Source: an uncultured delta proteobacterium (GTDB lineage Bacteria > Desulfobacterota > Desulfomonilia > UBA1062). From it: DNA of 64,000 nucleotides. Shown one piece after another: positions 11,874 to 21,537 of the stretch; within the stretch, counting starts at the first letter, position 1; every line of letters starts with the position of its first letter. The position numbers were made by a program, and so were the translations under genes. The notes below the pieces were generated by a model. The model was not told where the DNA came from. It ran no database searches and saw only the letters and a list, made by a program, of their open reading frames with translations. The stretch is taken from assembly GCA_963785235.1 (NCBI GenBank), contig CAWAUM010000009.1:340-64339 (forward strand), written 5' to 3'.

Positions 11874-13043
11874 ATGGATAGAAGGGCTCTCACCTACCTT
11901 GACAATGCAGCAAGCACCTGGCCGAAACCCTCTCAGGTCAAAGAGGCTGTGGAATGGGTCCTGGCAGAGGCGGCTGCAAATCCCGGGCGCTCCGGGCACA
12001 GTCTCTCCATCGAGGCTGCCCGCATTATCGCCGATGCACGTCAGGGGGTTGCCTCTTTCTTTGCCATAAAGGATCCGCTCCGCTTGGTCTTCACGAAGAA
12101 CGCCACCGAGGCGTTGAATATTGTCATCTCAGGCCTGCTCAGGCCGGGGGATCATGTCATAACCTCGGGCATGGAGCACAATTCCGTGATGCGGCCCCTT
12201 CATGCAGCACAGGAACGCGGGGTCGATCTGAGCGTTGTCGGCTGCTCATCTACTGGCGAGCTTGACCCGGAAGATGTGAAAAAGGCCATCAGGCCCGGTA
12301 CAAAACTCATTATCCTCACCCATGCATCCAATGTCACGGGCACCATCATGCCGGTATCTGCCATCGGTGCAATGGCAAAGGAAAACGGCATAGCCTTCTG
12401 TGTGGATGCCTCACAGAGCGCTGGTTGCCTACCCATAGATGTCCAGGAGATGAACATCGACCTCCTGGCATTTACCGGGCATAAGTCCCTCTACGGCCCG
12501 CAGGGCACCGGGGGGCTTTACATCAGGGCAGGCCTGGAGGAGGGCATCCGGCCCCTCATGATGGGCGGAACGGGCAGCGCCTCTGAGCATGAGGAACAAC
12601 CCGACTTCATGCCCGATAAATACGAATCAGGCACGCCCAATACGCCAGGTATTGCAGGGCTGCTTGCAGGGGTCCGCTTCATTGAAGCCCGCGGCATCGC
12701 TGCAATAAGGGCACACGAGATGGGCCTGACAGCCGAACTCAGGGCGGCACTCTCATCCATCCCCGGCGTACACGTCCATGGGCCTGAAGATCCGGAGCAT
12801 GCCATTGCCGTGGTATCGTTCACCATGGATGGCATGAGCCCATCCGAGCTAGCATTCATGCTCGATGATGAATATGCAATCATGGTGCGGCCCGGTCTGC
12901 ACTGCGCCCCGTCCGCACACAAGACTATCCATACCTTCCCTCAAGGGACTGTGCGATTGAGCCTCGGGTGCTTCACAACCCATGAAGAAGTTGAGAGGGT
13001 TATTCATGCTGTAGCCCAGATCGCAAGCAAAAGGAGGATTTGA
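11874..13043 (+). CDS. class V aminotransferase-fold cysteine desulfurase / selenocysteine lyase-like protein
   Basis: 389 aa with a PLP-lysine context FTGHKSLYGPQGTGGLYIR and a C-terminal HCAPSAHK. Immediately followed by yedF and DUF3343. Confidence 0.8.
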   Translation: MDRRALTYLDNAASTWPKPSQVKEAVEWVLAEAAANPGRSGHSLSIEAARIIADARQGVASFFAIKDPLRLVFTKNATEALNIVISGLLRPGDHVITSGMEHNSVMRPLHAAQERGVDLSVVGCSSTGELDPEDVKKAIRPGTKLIILTHASNVTGTIMPVSAIGAMAKENGIAFCVDASQSAGCLPIDVQEMNIDLLAFTGHKSLYGPQGTGGLYIRAGLEEGIRPLMMGGTGSASEHEEQPDFMPDKYESGTPNTPGIAGLLAGVRFIEARGIAAIRAHEMGLTAELRAALSSIPGVHVHGPEDPEHAIAVVSFTMDGMSPSELAFMLDDEYAIMVRPGLHCAPSAHKTIHTFPQGTVRLSLGCFTTHEEVERVIHAVAQIASKRRI

Positions 13044-13044
13044 T

Positions 13045-13626
13045 ATGGCACATACCGTTGACGCCCGGGGGCTCTCCTGCCCGCAGCCTGTGATACTGGC
13101 CAAAAAGGCCCTGGAGGAAAACGACGAGGTTGTTGTCCTGGTAGATGACACCACGGCGGCAGAGAATGTTAAAAGGCTCGCAGCAAATATGGGCTTTCGT
13201 GTCCAGGAAGAGCTCAAGGGCAAAGAAATCCACATCCTGATCAATAAGGGTGATGCGTGCAGTCTTGCCACAGAGATCATCTCCCGCCAGGGGCCTGTTG
13301 TCGTGGTTCTTTCGTCCGACACCATGGGTAGGGGAGAAGAGGTGCTGGGCCACGTTCTCATGAAGAGTTTCCTCCATACACTCACCCAGAGCGCACCCAT
13401 GCCCGATGTCATGATCCTGTTCAATACCGGGGTAAGGCTTGCAGTACAGGGATCCGAGGTGTTGGACGATCTGGAAGCACTCATGAATGCAGGGGTAAAG
13501 GTCATGGCGTGCGGGACCTGCCTGAACTATTTGTCCCTGAAGGAGAAGCTTGCGGTCGGTGAAGTTTCAAACATGTACGATATTGCGCAGACCATGCTCA
13601 CTGCAGGGAGAATCGTACAGATATGA
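13045..13626 (+). CDS. yedF: sulfurtransferase-like selenium metabolism protein YedF
   Basis: N-terminal TusA/SirA motif (DARGLSCPQPVILAKKAL) fused to a DsrE-like half with ACGTCLNY. This is the YedF architecture as I recall it. Confidence 0.75.
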   Translation: MAHTVDARGLSCPQPVILAKKALEENDEVVVLVDDTTAAENVKRLAANMGFRVQEELKGKEIHILINKGDACSLATEIISRQGPVVVVLSSDTMGRGEEVLGHVLMKSFLHTLTQSAPMPDVMILFNTGVRLAVQGSEVLDDLEALMNAGVKVMACGTCLNYLSLKEKLAVGEVSNMYDIAQTMLTAGRIVQI

Positions 13627-13850
13627 GCGTGGGTTCGCATGTGGTGTTTCTCTTCGAATCGGTAAGCGCCGTGCTTGTGGCCGAGAAGATCCTTAAGGAT
13701 ATGAGCATACACAACAAACTCATCCCTGTGCCCAAGAAGTTGAGCTCCGACTGCGGGGTGTGCCTGCGTGTAGAATCAGAGGATCAGCTCCGGGTGGAAC
13801 AAGCCCTGATGGACAAGGTTAAGGTGCTGGCTATCCATCCGCTTTCTTAG
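13623..13850 (+). CDS. DUF3343-type putative Se/S carrier protein
   Basis: 75 aa with a 4-nt overlap with yedF. The pattern VFLFESVSAVLVAEKILKD...IPVPKKLSSDCGVCL is typical of DUF3343 partners of YedF. Confidence 0.65.
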   Translation: MSVGSHVVFLFESVSAVLVAEKILKDMSIHNKLIPVPKKLSSDCGVCLRVESEDQLRVEQALMDKVKVLAIHPLS

Positions 13851-13871
13851 TGAGCATAAGTTATCGAGAGT

Positions 13872-13935
13872 AAACCCAGATTTTGCGTTTAGGACGTTTT
13901 AAAAACCTGATCCGTTCAAGTCCTGTCATCTTACA
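13872..13935 (+). repeat. hairpin-MITE family, 5' arm remnant
   Basis: AAACCCAGATTTTGCGTTTAGGACGTTTTAAAAACCTGATCCGTTCAAGTCCTGTCATCTT is the TIR plus left arm plus left half of the hairpin. There is no right half. It starts 22 nt after the DUF3343 stop. Confidence 0.75.
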
Positions 13936-14168
13936 ATATTTATCGAAAGCTTATTTTCTTGGTCCTGAAGAGTGGAATCTCTCCTTTGTGTAGAGTGAAT
14001 TGTTCTTATAGTAATCGTTGCTTCATCCGCGTCATCGGCGAGTATAGATTATATTCAGAACTATTCAATATCTTTAAAGGATTGATCATGGAATGTTATA
14101 TTCAGTTTCTTTGGGCTTATAGAACCATTGATTTTATTGCAAAATCATTAGTCTGAGAAAAGTGAAGA

Positions 14169-14620
14169 TTATTGGCACTTGAATGTATCCCGATAGCTTG
14201 AGACGTACTCAGGCCTCGGATATGCGAATCTCGCCTCTTTCAGCACAAAAGGTTCTCTAAACACGTCGGACATCATTCTCAGAACTGAGACAAACTCCCT
14301 CTCATAGATGAAGCGGCGGATATCTTTCAGGTCGATAAGCTCTTTCATTGTTATATATGCAAGGGGCTCCACCACGCTCAGTTCATAGCTGAAATACGTC
14401 AGGGTCCGATACCAGTTAAGCCAGCCTGCGCATGACTGACATTTCCTGATTTAGGCTTACGAACATCTCGGGATCATCCAGGTCTTAGGGTTTTATACCG
14501 CTGAATGCCAGCAGCTTCTCAGCATCGATGCCCCGTCCTGCGGCATAACGGGCAAGGATGTCGATGCTGTTGATTGAGCGATACATCGGCAGGGATGATC
14601 TCGATGCAAGGTGAATTTTA
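14169..14620 (-). pseudogene. decayed AraC-family regulator (ligand-binding-domain remnant)
   Basis: The minus strand reads MYRSINSIDILARYAAGRGIDAEKLLAFSGIKP*DLDDPEMFVSLNQEMSVMRRLA*... and then ...FVLKEARFAYPRPEYVSSYRDTFKCQ. It has several stops and no HTH part. Confidence 0.5.
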
Positions 14621-14738
14621 TCAGGAACAGTTTTTTTCAAATATCTACCTGTGGCAGCTAATCACAATATAATTGTCAATACGCAACAAGATAAATTATA
14701 TTGCATGAGAACAATTCAATGTAGATGGAGGGTCAACC

Positions 14739-15740
14739 ATGGGGTACATATATCTGAAAATACGGAATGTCAGTGCATCTCTATGGGTTGAAATTGTAAA
14801 CCCGCCAGTCAACTTCCTCACCACCAAAGTGGTGGAGGAGATTTACTCCCTCATCAAGGAAGTGGAGAAAGACCAGTCCATACGGGTATTCATCCTCACC
14901 GGCGGCATTGAGGACACCTATATCCGGCACTTCTCCATCCCGGAGCTCGTCCAGCTCAATCCTGACCTCAAGAAGATCTTCTTCGACAAGGTTTTTGCAT
15001 CGAGGATTGCAGGAAGGCTTTTCGCCTGGGGGACGACCATGACAAACTGGCTCATGGATTGGATCCCCGGGCTTGAGGAGATGCTGCTAAAAATGACAAA
15101 GGCCTTCAGCGGTTACTCTTCCGGACTTTACCTGTGGTTCATGATGCATCGGCTTTATTTCGCCATCGAAAGGATGAACAAGATCACCATTGCCGCCATC
15201 AATGGCTCCGTAAACGGCGGCGGAGCCGAGATGTCCGCCTGCTTCGATTTCAGGTTCATGATCAATGACCAGGATTTTACCATCGGACAGCTGGAAGTGC
15301 TCCTCGGCATACCTCCGGGAGGCGGTGGCACTCAGAGGTGGCCCAGGCTTATCGGCAAGGCTAGGGCCTTGGAACTCATGCTCAAAGGGGATCTGATCTC
15401 ACCGGTGGAGGCTGGAAGGATAGGGATGATAACGGGCAGCTTCAGGAAAAAAGATTTTCATGCAAAGGTTCAGGAGTTTGCAGACACCATGAGCAGGCGT
15501 CCACCTATCGCGGTCAGCGCCATCAAACAGGCCGTGCATCAGGGCATGGAAACCAGTCTTCGACAGGGTCTGAGTGTCGAACTGGAGGCGAGTGTCAATT
15601 GTTATACATCAAGCCAGACCAGTAAAATCCTGGAAAACTACAACGGCTACATCAAGGAAAAGATAGAGGCCCCGGATGCTAAACCGGCCACCATAGGGGA
15701 TACGATCACGATGCTCGAAAATGGAGGTCCAACGAAATGA
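14739..15740 (+). CDS. enoyl-CoA hydratase/isomerase (crotonase) family protein with an internal insertion
   Basis: RVFILTGG... and AAINGSVNGGGAEMSACFDFRFM (oxyanion-hole region). 333 aa, intact. Confidence 0.75.
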   Translation: MGYIYLKIRNVSASLWVEIVNPPVNFLTTKVVEEIYSLIKEVEKDQSIRVFILTGGIEDTYIRHFSIPELVQLNPDLKKIFFDKVFASRIAGRLFAWGTTMTNWLMDWIPGLEEMLLKMTKAFSGYSSGLYLWFMMHRLYFAIERMNKITIAAINGSVNGGGAEMSACFDFRFMINDQDFTIGQLEVLLGIPPGGGGTQRWPRLIGKARALELMLKGDLISPVEAGRIGMITGSFRKKDFHAKVQEFADTMSRRPPIAVSAIKQAVHQGMETSLRQGLSVELEASVNCYTSSQTSKILENYNGYIKEKIEAPDAKPATIGDTITMLENGGPTK

Positions 15741-15834
15741 AGGATCTGTCGGGTAAAGTATTTCCCAAGACAGCGGTGAGATTCCCTGCATGGAGCTTTG
15801 AATTCATTATCAGGCACAACAAAGGAGAATATTC

Positions 15835-16668
15835 ATGAAGATAAACCTCAAAGGTAAAAACGTGCTTGTGACAGGTTCTTCCATGGGGATTGGGAAGTCC
15901 TTATCAGAGTGTTTTGCAAAGAAAGGGGCGAACGTCATTATTACAGACCATCCTTCAAGGAGGGAAGAAGCTGGGCTCTGGGCCATGAATCTCGCGGACA
16001 GGTACTGTATAAGGACATGGTCTTTCCTTGAGGATCTTACTATGGAAAACGGCCCTGAAAAACTCCATGACCAGGTGACAGGCGCCGTGCCGGACGTGCA
16101 TGTCCTAGTTAATAACGCCGGGATAGCCTGGTACGGGAGATACGAAGAAATTCCCATCGAAAAGATGGAGGCAATGGTCAAACTCAATTGCCTGGCCTAT
16201 GCGAAGATGTGCCGTCTCTTTCTTCCCACAATCATCAGGCTGGGCGAAGGGGGTATATTGAATATCTCGTCGATAGCGGCCCTCACTCCGGTGCCCACCG
16301 AGACACTCTATTCAGCAACCAAATATTTCGTCCAGGGTCTCACAGAAGCAATCCGGTCAGAACTTCGCATCCATAAGGGGATTGTCGTGTCCACACTGAA
16401 TCCCCCCTTTACGAAGACCCATCTCCTCGAAGACGGGGGGTATCCATCTGATCTGTTTCCGCTCACCAGGATGAAGGTGTGGGAGCCGGATATCGTTGCC
16501 GCCCTGGGAGTCGAGGCATTTGTTAAGGGCAGGATCTTGTATGTCCCTGGCATCGACAACCAGGTTCTCTATTTCCTGATCATGAGGTTAGTGCCCCGAA
16601 GATTCATTAACTGGTTTACATGGTTCCTGTGCCGGAGGGAGTCGGAGATCATAGGGACACATGGATGA
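15835..16668 (+). CDS. SDR family oxidoreductase
   Basis: GKNVLVTGSSMGIGKSL (TGxxxGxG), NNAG, and YSATKYF (YxxxK). Confidence 0.8.
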   Translation: MKINLKGKNVLVTGSSMGIGKSLSECFAKKGANVIITDHPSRREEAGLWAMNLADRYCIRTWSFLEDLTMENGPEKLHDQVTGAVPDVHVLVNNAGIAWYGRYEEIPIEKMEAMVKLNCLAYAKMCRLFLPTIIRLGEGGILNISSIAALTPVPTETLYSATKYFVQGLTEAIRSELRIHKGIVVSTLNPPFTKTHLLEDGGYPSDLFPLTRMKVWEPDIVAALGVEAFVKGRILYVPGIDNQVLYFLIMRLVPRRFINWFTWFLCRRESEIIGTHG

Positions 16669-16733
16669 GCTCGAGAAGCTGAAGTTGCACATAGGAATAT
16701 GATCATATTGCTTTAGATTTATAGCAGGGAGAC

Positions 16734-16805
16734 CCGGAGATTATTTTTCATAATCATCGAAAAAGAGGGGCATGGTAAATCATAGATATCATGCCATTTG
16801 TGACG
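16734..16805 (+). repeat. local repeat unit (right copy of the direct-repeat pair with 11384-11463)
   Basis: GAGATTATTTTTCATAATCATCGAAAAAGAGGGGCATGGTAAATCATAGATATCATGCCATTTGTGACG, in the same orientation as the 11.4-kb copy. Confidence 0.85.
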
Positions 16806-17217
16806 CTCCTGTATGAAGTGATAGTCTCCGTATGTTTCAACCCAAGAACATCTGTTTTCAGGCATTTCAAAAGCACTCAGTCGAAGTTATCTTTGCTTTC
16901 CCATGGAAGGGGTTTTCTTTCAGTGATCCTCATTAATTTCTCTTGGGTCAATTCCAAGTTTCATTATACGTATTGGATCTCAGGATAAAAAATGTGCTTC
17001 TCTGTGCATTAAGTTACACATCTGTACAATAAATCTTCGCTATCAACAGGAGCAACCTTTTAATATTGCATGGTTATGATTCTGGCCCGGGTATTGCTTA
17101 TTTTTATTTGATTTGTAACATATAATGAGCAATCCTTAGCCGCTGCAAATCATGATGTGTCCGGCAACAGGTTTTGAGGTTTTGATGAAACGATATCACC
17201 CGGAGGAGGAATTACTG

Positions 17218-18354
17218 ATGAACGTCTGGAAATATCTCTCACTGATACTGATTGGGCTCCTTGCCGTCACGTTGACATCCTGTGGAGGATCAAGCGATGG
17301 AGGCGGAAGTAACGGAAAGCTCTCGCTATCGCTTTCTGATGCCCCTGCTCCTGAATACCAAGCGGTTTATGTAACCATTTCACAGATTCAAGTCCATCGA
17401 GCCGATGCGGCAGAAGGAAAATGGCAGACTGTGCTCACACCGAATGCCACCTACAATCTCCTTGACCTCATCAATGGTTCGAATGCCTCTCTTGGTGTGG
17501 CTGACCTGCCAACAGGCACCTATACTCAAATGCGCCTCATCCTCGCTGACGCACCTGATTCCACCACAAACATACTTGGGGCTCATCATCCCTATGCGAA
17601 CTACCTCATTACCTCTGCAGATGAGGCGATCGAACTGAAGGTGCCAAGCGGATTTCAGACAGGGATAAAGCTCGTGCATACATTTGATGTTGTATCCGGT
17701 CGTACAGTCGGCCTTGTGCTTGACTTTGATGCCGGCCGTTCTGTAGTGAAAGCGGGCAATAGTGGAAAATGGCTGCTCAAACCCACAATCAAGGTAATCG
17801 GCACATTGAATAATGCCACTTTGACCGGGATCGTCACTGATCAGTCTCAAAACGCATTGTCCGGGGTCACTGTGAGCGCGCAGATATACAACGCTTCAGC
17901 TGCCACAGAAGCAGGAAAAGTAACCACCGAAGCATCAACGCTTACCGATGAAAATGGCGAATATCTGCTGTACCTCAAACCAGGGACCTATACCATCGTG
18001 GTCGCCGCTAATGGGTACAGTACTTCATGCAAAAAGATCACCGTTGCATATAATCTGGACTACACTGAGGACTTCACCCTTGCTCCAACAACGATGGGTA
18101 TTGTTACTGTAGGGTTGACCCTGCTATCTGGATAGTCAGGAGATGCAGCCACGATAGAGTTCCGGCAGACCTCGCCCGTGATGGAACCCAGCAGATTGCT
18201 GTGAAGGATGTGAATTATTCTGAAAGTGGTTCGTATAGTGTCAGCTTGCCAAGCGGAACCTATATCGTGGTAGCCACCTACACTGACAGGAGCAATAATC
18301 ATCGATTCCGTTGCAGATGGTGATACGATTACAATCGATTTTACCACGCACTAG
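17218..18354 (+). pseudogene. DUF4382 lipoprotein with carboxypeptidase-regulatory-like domains; C-terminal part disrupted
   Basis: RBS GGAGGA then MNVWKYLSLILIGLLAVTLTSCGG. LSLSLSDAP...VYVTISQIQVH is DUF4382-like, followed by GIVTD..G..LSGVTVSA...TDENGEYLLYLKPGTYTIVV. There is an in-frame TAG at 18133-18135 and frame changes at ~18180 and ~18288. It ends ...DGDTITIDFTTH*. Confidence 0.6.
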
Positions 18355-18523
18355 GGCCTTACAGCTGGAGAATGTAATGGGCATCCTATCACTTTACGAT
18401 GGGATGCCCTACTAAAGCAATATACCACATGCCTAAGGTTCATACCCAGAGTTGGCCATATGTTTTCATAGATCCTCTTTGAGATTGTCAGTTATCCTGC
18501 ACTGGGGCTGAGTTATCAAATAA

Positions 18524-19273
18524 TTGATATTTTGGACATGGATTCCTATGAGAGTGGTTATGAAGCACGTAGTAAATCTATTCAGATCACAAGCCAAGGT
18601 ACATGAATTTGATGCAATAATAAGTCTTGGCTGTAATTGTGAGTTAACCTGGAACATTCGCAACCACTTTGGTATTGAAAGGGCATATCCGCTTGACTGG
18701 TGGATAACACCCTTTCAGGCACTACGGAAGCTATTGGAGAATAGGTTCCAGGACCTATTCAATATGAATAACCTGGAAGTGTCACATGACCTGCTTACCG
18801 TTAAGGATACTTATTATAACTTGTTGTACCACCATGATTTTAAACGGACAGAAGATGAAAAGATTATCCATGATAACCTAGATCAGCAGTTGCCCTTATT
18901 GAAGCAGAAGTATGATATGCTCATCGAAAGGTTCTTTAAAGATCTGGAAAACAAACGGGTTTTATTTGTAAGAAATCGTGATGGAAATATTCCACACCTT
19001 GACCCGGATACAACTCCCATGGACAAAACCACCTTTGAACAACTATACAGTTTGTTAGAGGAATTGTTTCCAGATTCACAAATAAGTCTGTTGATTACGA
19101 ATTGTCCCGTGTTCCCAAAGGTTCGGCGCCAAAAGGGGTATATCGTATGGGACGAGGTTGTTAACTATGATGATGCTCAATACTTTGCTGGTTCACCTAG
19201 GGGATGGCAGGAAATGTTTTTAAGGAACAATATTTCCTATGAAAAAGTCAGTGTGAGGAATTCAGTTAAATAG
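18524..19273 (+). CDS. DUF1796-type putative papain-like cysteine peptidase
   Basis: SLGCNCELTWNIRNHFGIERAYPLDWW resembles the DUF1796 signature (recalled, not searched). The true start may be the Met at 18548 or 18560. Confidence 0.45.
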   Translation: MIFWTWIPMRVVMKHVVNLFRSQAKVHEFDAIISLGCNCELTWNIRNHFGIERAYPLDWWITPFQALRKLLENRFQDLFNMNNLEVSHDLLTVKDTYYNLLYHHDFKRTEDEKIIHDNLDQQLPLLKQKYDMLIERFFKDLENKRVLFVRNRDGNIPHLDPDTTPMDKTTFEQLYSLLEELFPDSQISLLITNCPVFPKVRRQKGYIVWDEVVNYDDAQYFAGSPRGWQEMFLRNNISYEKVSVRNSVK

Positions 19274-19459
19274 CATCTCCCATACGGGCACTATCCTATT
19301 TAAAAATCTTGTACCATGTTTTTTTTAATCTTGTATTAAAAGCATAATGCCTTATAATTACAGAGTAGCTTATTCAATCCATTACGTTTTCAAGACACGT
19401 AACAGGGCACTTTTTGAGATAGAAATAAACTTTCTCAGAGAAACACGAGGGGGATTATC

Positions 19460-20014
19460 ATGCCTGAAGACACTTTGGGGACAATCGTCAACCATACTGC
19501 TTCTAAAGTCGGACAGATAGGTATGGTCGTAAGAGACGCAAAGCGATCTGCAGAGTATTTCTCGAAATTGTATAATATTAAACCCTGGTACCGCGCAAAA
19601 TTTTCTCACAAGGAGACCATTTACCGCGGCAAGCAGATTGATCTTGATTTGGAAATCTTGATCGGCTTCTGCGGCGGGGTGGAGATCGAGCTCATTCAAG
19701 TTAAGAATGATGTAGAGAATATCTACTCCGATATCCTGAAAAAGCAGGACGGAGGCATACATCATATTGGATTTTTTATCAAAGAATACGACAGGAAGCT
19801 CGCTTCAATGAAATCTTTAGGCGTTGAGCCTTTGCAATGGGGCACCCTGAAGACAACGGGAGGCGCGGTGACACGGTATGTGTATTTCGATACGGTCAAA
19901 ACCTGCGGCACCATTACGGAGTTTATTGAGACAAAATTTCTTGGGTTGAGCATTCCGCACACACAATTCATGGTGAAAATAAGCGCGTTGACTGGCGACG
20001 TAAAACGTATCTAA
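19460..20014 (+). CDS. VOC (glyoxalase/bleomycin-resistance/dioxygenase) family protein
   Basis: IGMVVRDAKRSAEYFSKLYNI... and GGIHHIGFFIKEYD, a two-module VOC pattern. Confidence 0.65.
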   Translation: MPEDTLGTIVNHTASKVGQIGMVVRDAKRSAEYFSKLYNIKPWYRAKFSHKETIYRGKQIDLDLEILIGFCGGVEIELIQVKNDVENIYSDILKKQDGGIHHIGFFIKEYDRKLASMKSLGVEPLQWGTLKTTGGAVTRYVYFDTVKTCGTITEFIETKFLGLSIPHTQFMVKISALTGDVKRI

Positions 20015-20044
20015 CTTTATAATGATGGAAACCATTGAAACTTA

Positions 20045-20087
20045 GCCGGCTGTCAGATGCGGCCCTCGCTAGCCCCTGACAGCCGGC
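20045..20087. terminator. 12-bp perfect hairpin between convergent genes (possible bidirectional terminator)
   Basis: GCCGGCTGTCAG-N19-CTGACAGCCGGC lies between the VOC stop (20014) and the HesB-Sec stop (20100). No strong T-run. Confidence 0.4.
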
Positions 20088-20099
20088 CCTCTGGATTTC

Positions 20100-20417
20100 C
20101 TAACAGCTTGAGCAACCGCCGCCGCAGTCAGAAGCCTTTTTCATGCCTGAGCTTATGACAAACCCTTCGCCGCCTGGCGAAATTACATAATCCACCGTGA
20201 TGGGTTTTGCGTCCTGCAGAAGCTTTTTCTCGATCAAAAATGTGAACCCGCCGTTTTCGATTACCTCGTCGTTTTCATTTGACTCATCCAGAGCCATCCC
20301 CAGCTGGGGTCCGCCTCAGCCAATCCCTGAGACGAATATCCTCAGGGGCTCTACCTTATCGCGTGATTTAAAGAACTCTGTAACCTTCTGGGTTGCCTTT
20401 TCCGTTACTTCAAACAT
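20100..20417 (-). CDS. HesB/IscA-like selenoprotein (UGA at codon 34 read as selenocysteine)
   Basis: ORFs 20316..20522 and 20100..20297 are in one frame, separated only by TGA (20318-20316). Joined they give MFEVTEKATQKVTEFFKSRDKVEPLRIFVSGIG-U-GGPQLGMALDE...CGGGCSSC, 105 aa. This is colinear with the 105-aa paralogue at 20529..20846, where the same position is Cys (AGAGCSGPQLGM). RBS AGAGGAGAA. Confidence 0.8.
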
Positions 20418-20528
20418 GCCAGCGTTCTCCTCTCTAGAGTATTTCGTATGGGACTTATCGGTTAGTTGCTTATCTTGGAATAAATTATCAATGGCACCGC
20501 CATACTGGTGGCGCCATGTCAACGTTTC

Positions 20529-20846
20529 CTAGCATCCGCAACAGCCGCCGCCGCACTCGCTTGTCTTTTTCATGCCTGATGAGATGATGAATCCTTCGCC
20601 CTGGGGTGTTACGACATAATCCACCTTGATGGGCTTTGCCTCTGCAAGAAGGGGTTTTTCGATGAGAAACTTGAATCCTTGTGCCTCAAAGATTTCATCG
20701 TTCTCCCCGGGTTCGTCAAGCGCCATCCCGAGCTGGGGTCCGCTGCAACCCGCGCCGGCAATGAATACCCTCAACGGGGAAATGCCGTCACGCGATTTGA
20801 AGAACTCTTTCACCTTCTCTGTTGCCGTTTCCGTCACTTCAAACAT
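20529..20846 (-). CDS. HesB/IscA-like protein (Cys paralogue)
   Basis: MFEVTETATEKVKEFFKSRDGISPLRVFIAGAGCSGPQLGMALDE...ECGGGCCGC. Intact, 105 aa. Confidence 0.75.
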   Translation of the reverse strand: MFEVTETATEKVKEFFKSRDGISPLRVFIAGAGCSGPQLGMALDEPGENDEIFEAQGFKFLIEKPLLAEAKPIKVDYVVTPQGEGFIISSGMKKTSECGGGCCGC

Positions 20847-20921
20847 TTTATCTCCTTTGGGGCGCCTTGGTTCGGTGATTTTCTCTGAGAACCATTCAGT
20901 AATGTCCTGAGAGGCGCCATT

Positions 20922-21278
20922 TTAGTTATAGATGATAACCCTATCCATTAGGTTCTTGAATAAATCAAAAATGCCGTCCACCAGGCAGTAGCACATGCTG
21001 GTTCCCCTCGGTTCCGCCGTAATCCAACCGGTCTCCTTGAGTATCTTCAGGTGCTGCGACACGCTCGATTGGGCAAGGGGCAGGGCTTCCACGATCTTGC
21101 CGCACATGCACCTGCAATCAGGCGGTTTTTGGGCAAGCATCCTTACAATCTCTACCCTGGCAGGGTGGGCGATGCCCTTGGATAGCTGCGAGAGCCTCTT
21201 CTTGCATTCATCTGCTGCCATGGCCTTGGGCTTTTCGCCCTTTGCCTGGAAATATTTTGATGACTCCGTCTTTTTCAT
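20922..21278 (-). CDS. ArsR/SmtB family metalloregulator
   Basis: Winged HTH (ARVEIVRMLA...CMCGKIVEALPLAQSSVSQHLKILKETGWI). First gene of the minus-strand operon carrying the two HesB-like genes. Confidence 0.75.
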   Translation of the reverse strand: MKKTESSKYFQAKGEKPKAMAADECKKRLSQLSKGIAHPARVEIVRMLAQKPPDCRCMCGKIVEALPLAQSSVSQHLKILKETGWITAEPRGTSMCYCLVDGIFDLFKNLMDRVIIYN

Positions 21279-21293
21279 TTTTGTCTCTCAAAA

Positions 21294-21320
21294 TTATCGA
21301 CTATCGACGAACGACGATAA
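21294..21320. promoter_or_regulatory. candidate operator upstream of the ArsR operon
   Basis: TTATCGACTATCGACGAACGACGATAA has outer arms TTATCG/CGATAA as perfect inverted repeats and ATCGAC repeated. It lies 16 nt upstream of the arsR-like start. Confidence 0.3.
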
Positions 21321-21537
21321 AGTATATGATGATCTTCGTCAAGCTATTTTATTTATCCCGGCTGTGCAAGGATTTTGCACCGGGAGCAGAAAGTTTTGTA
21401 TAAGATGCTGCTTTATTAACTTGAATAATGTTAGGACATAGTAAACAATCCCACGATAAAGATGTCGAAAGGGGTAATCAACCTCAAGGTGTGAGCGCCC
21501 AAGGGCAGCAAAGTGAAAAGGAGTTGGAGGAAACAAC

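Noticed and set aside
20301-20312. CCCCAGCTGGGG palindrome just after the UGA as the SECIS element
   Set aside because: The Cys paralogue has nearly the same sequence (CCCCAGCTCGGG) at the same place because it encodes the conserved GPQLG motif. It is therefore not specific to the Sec gene.
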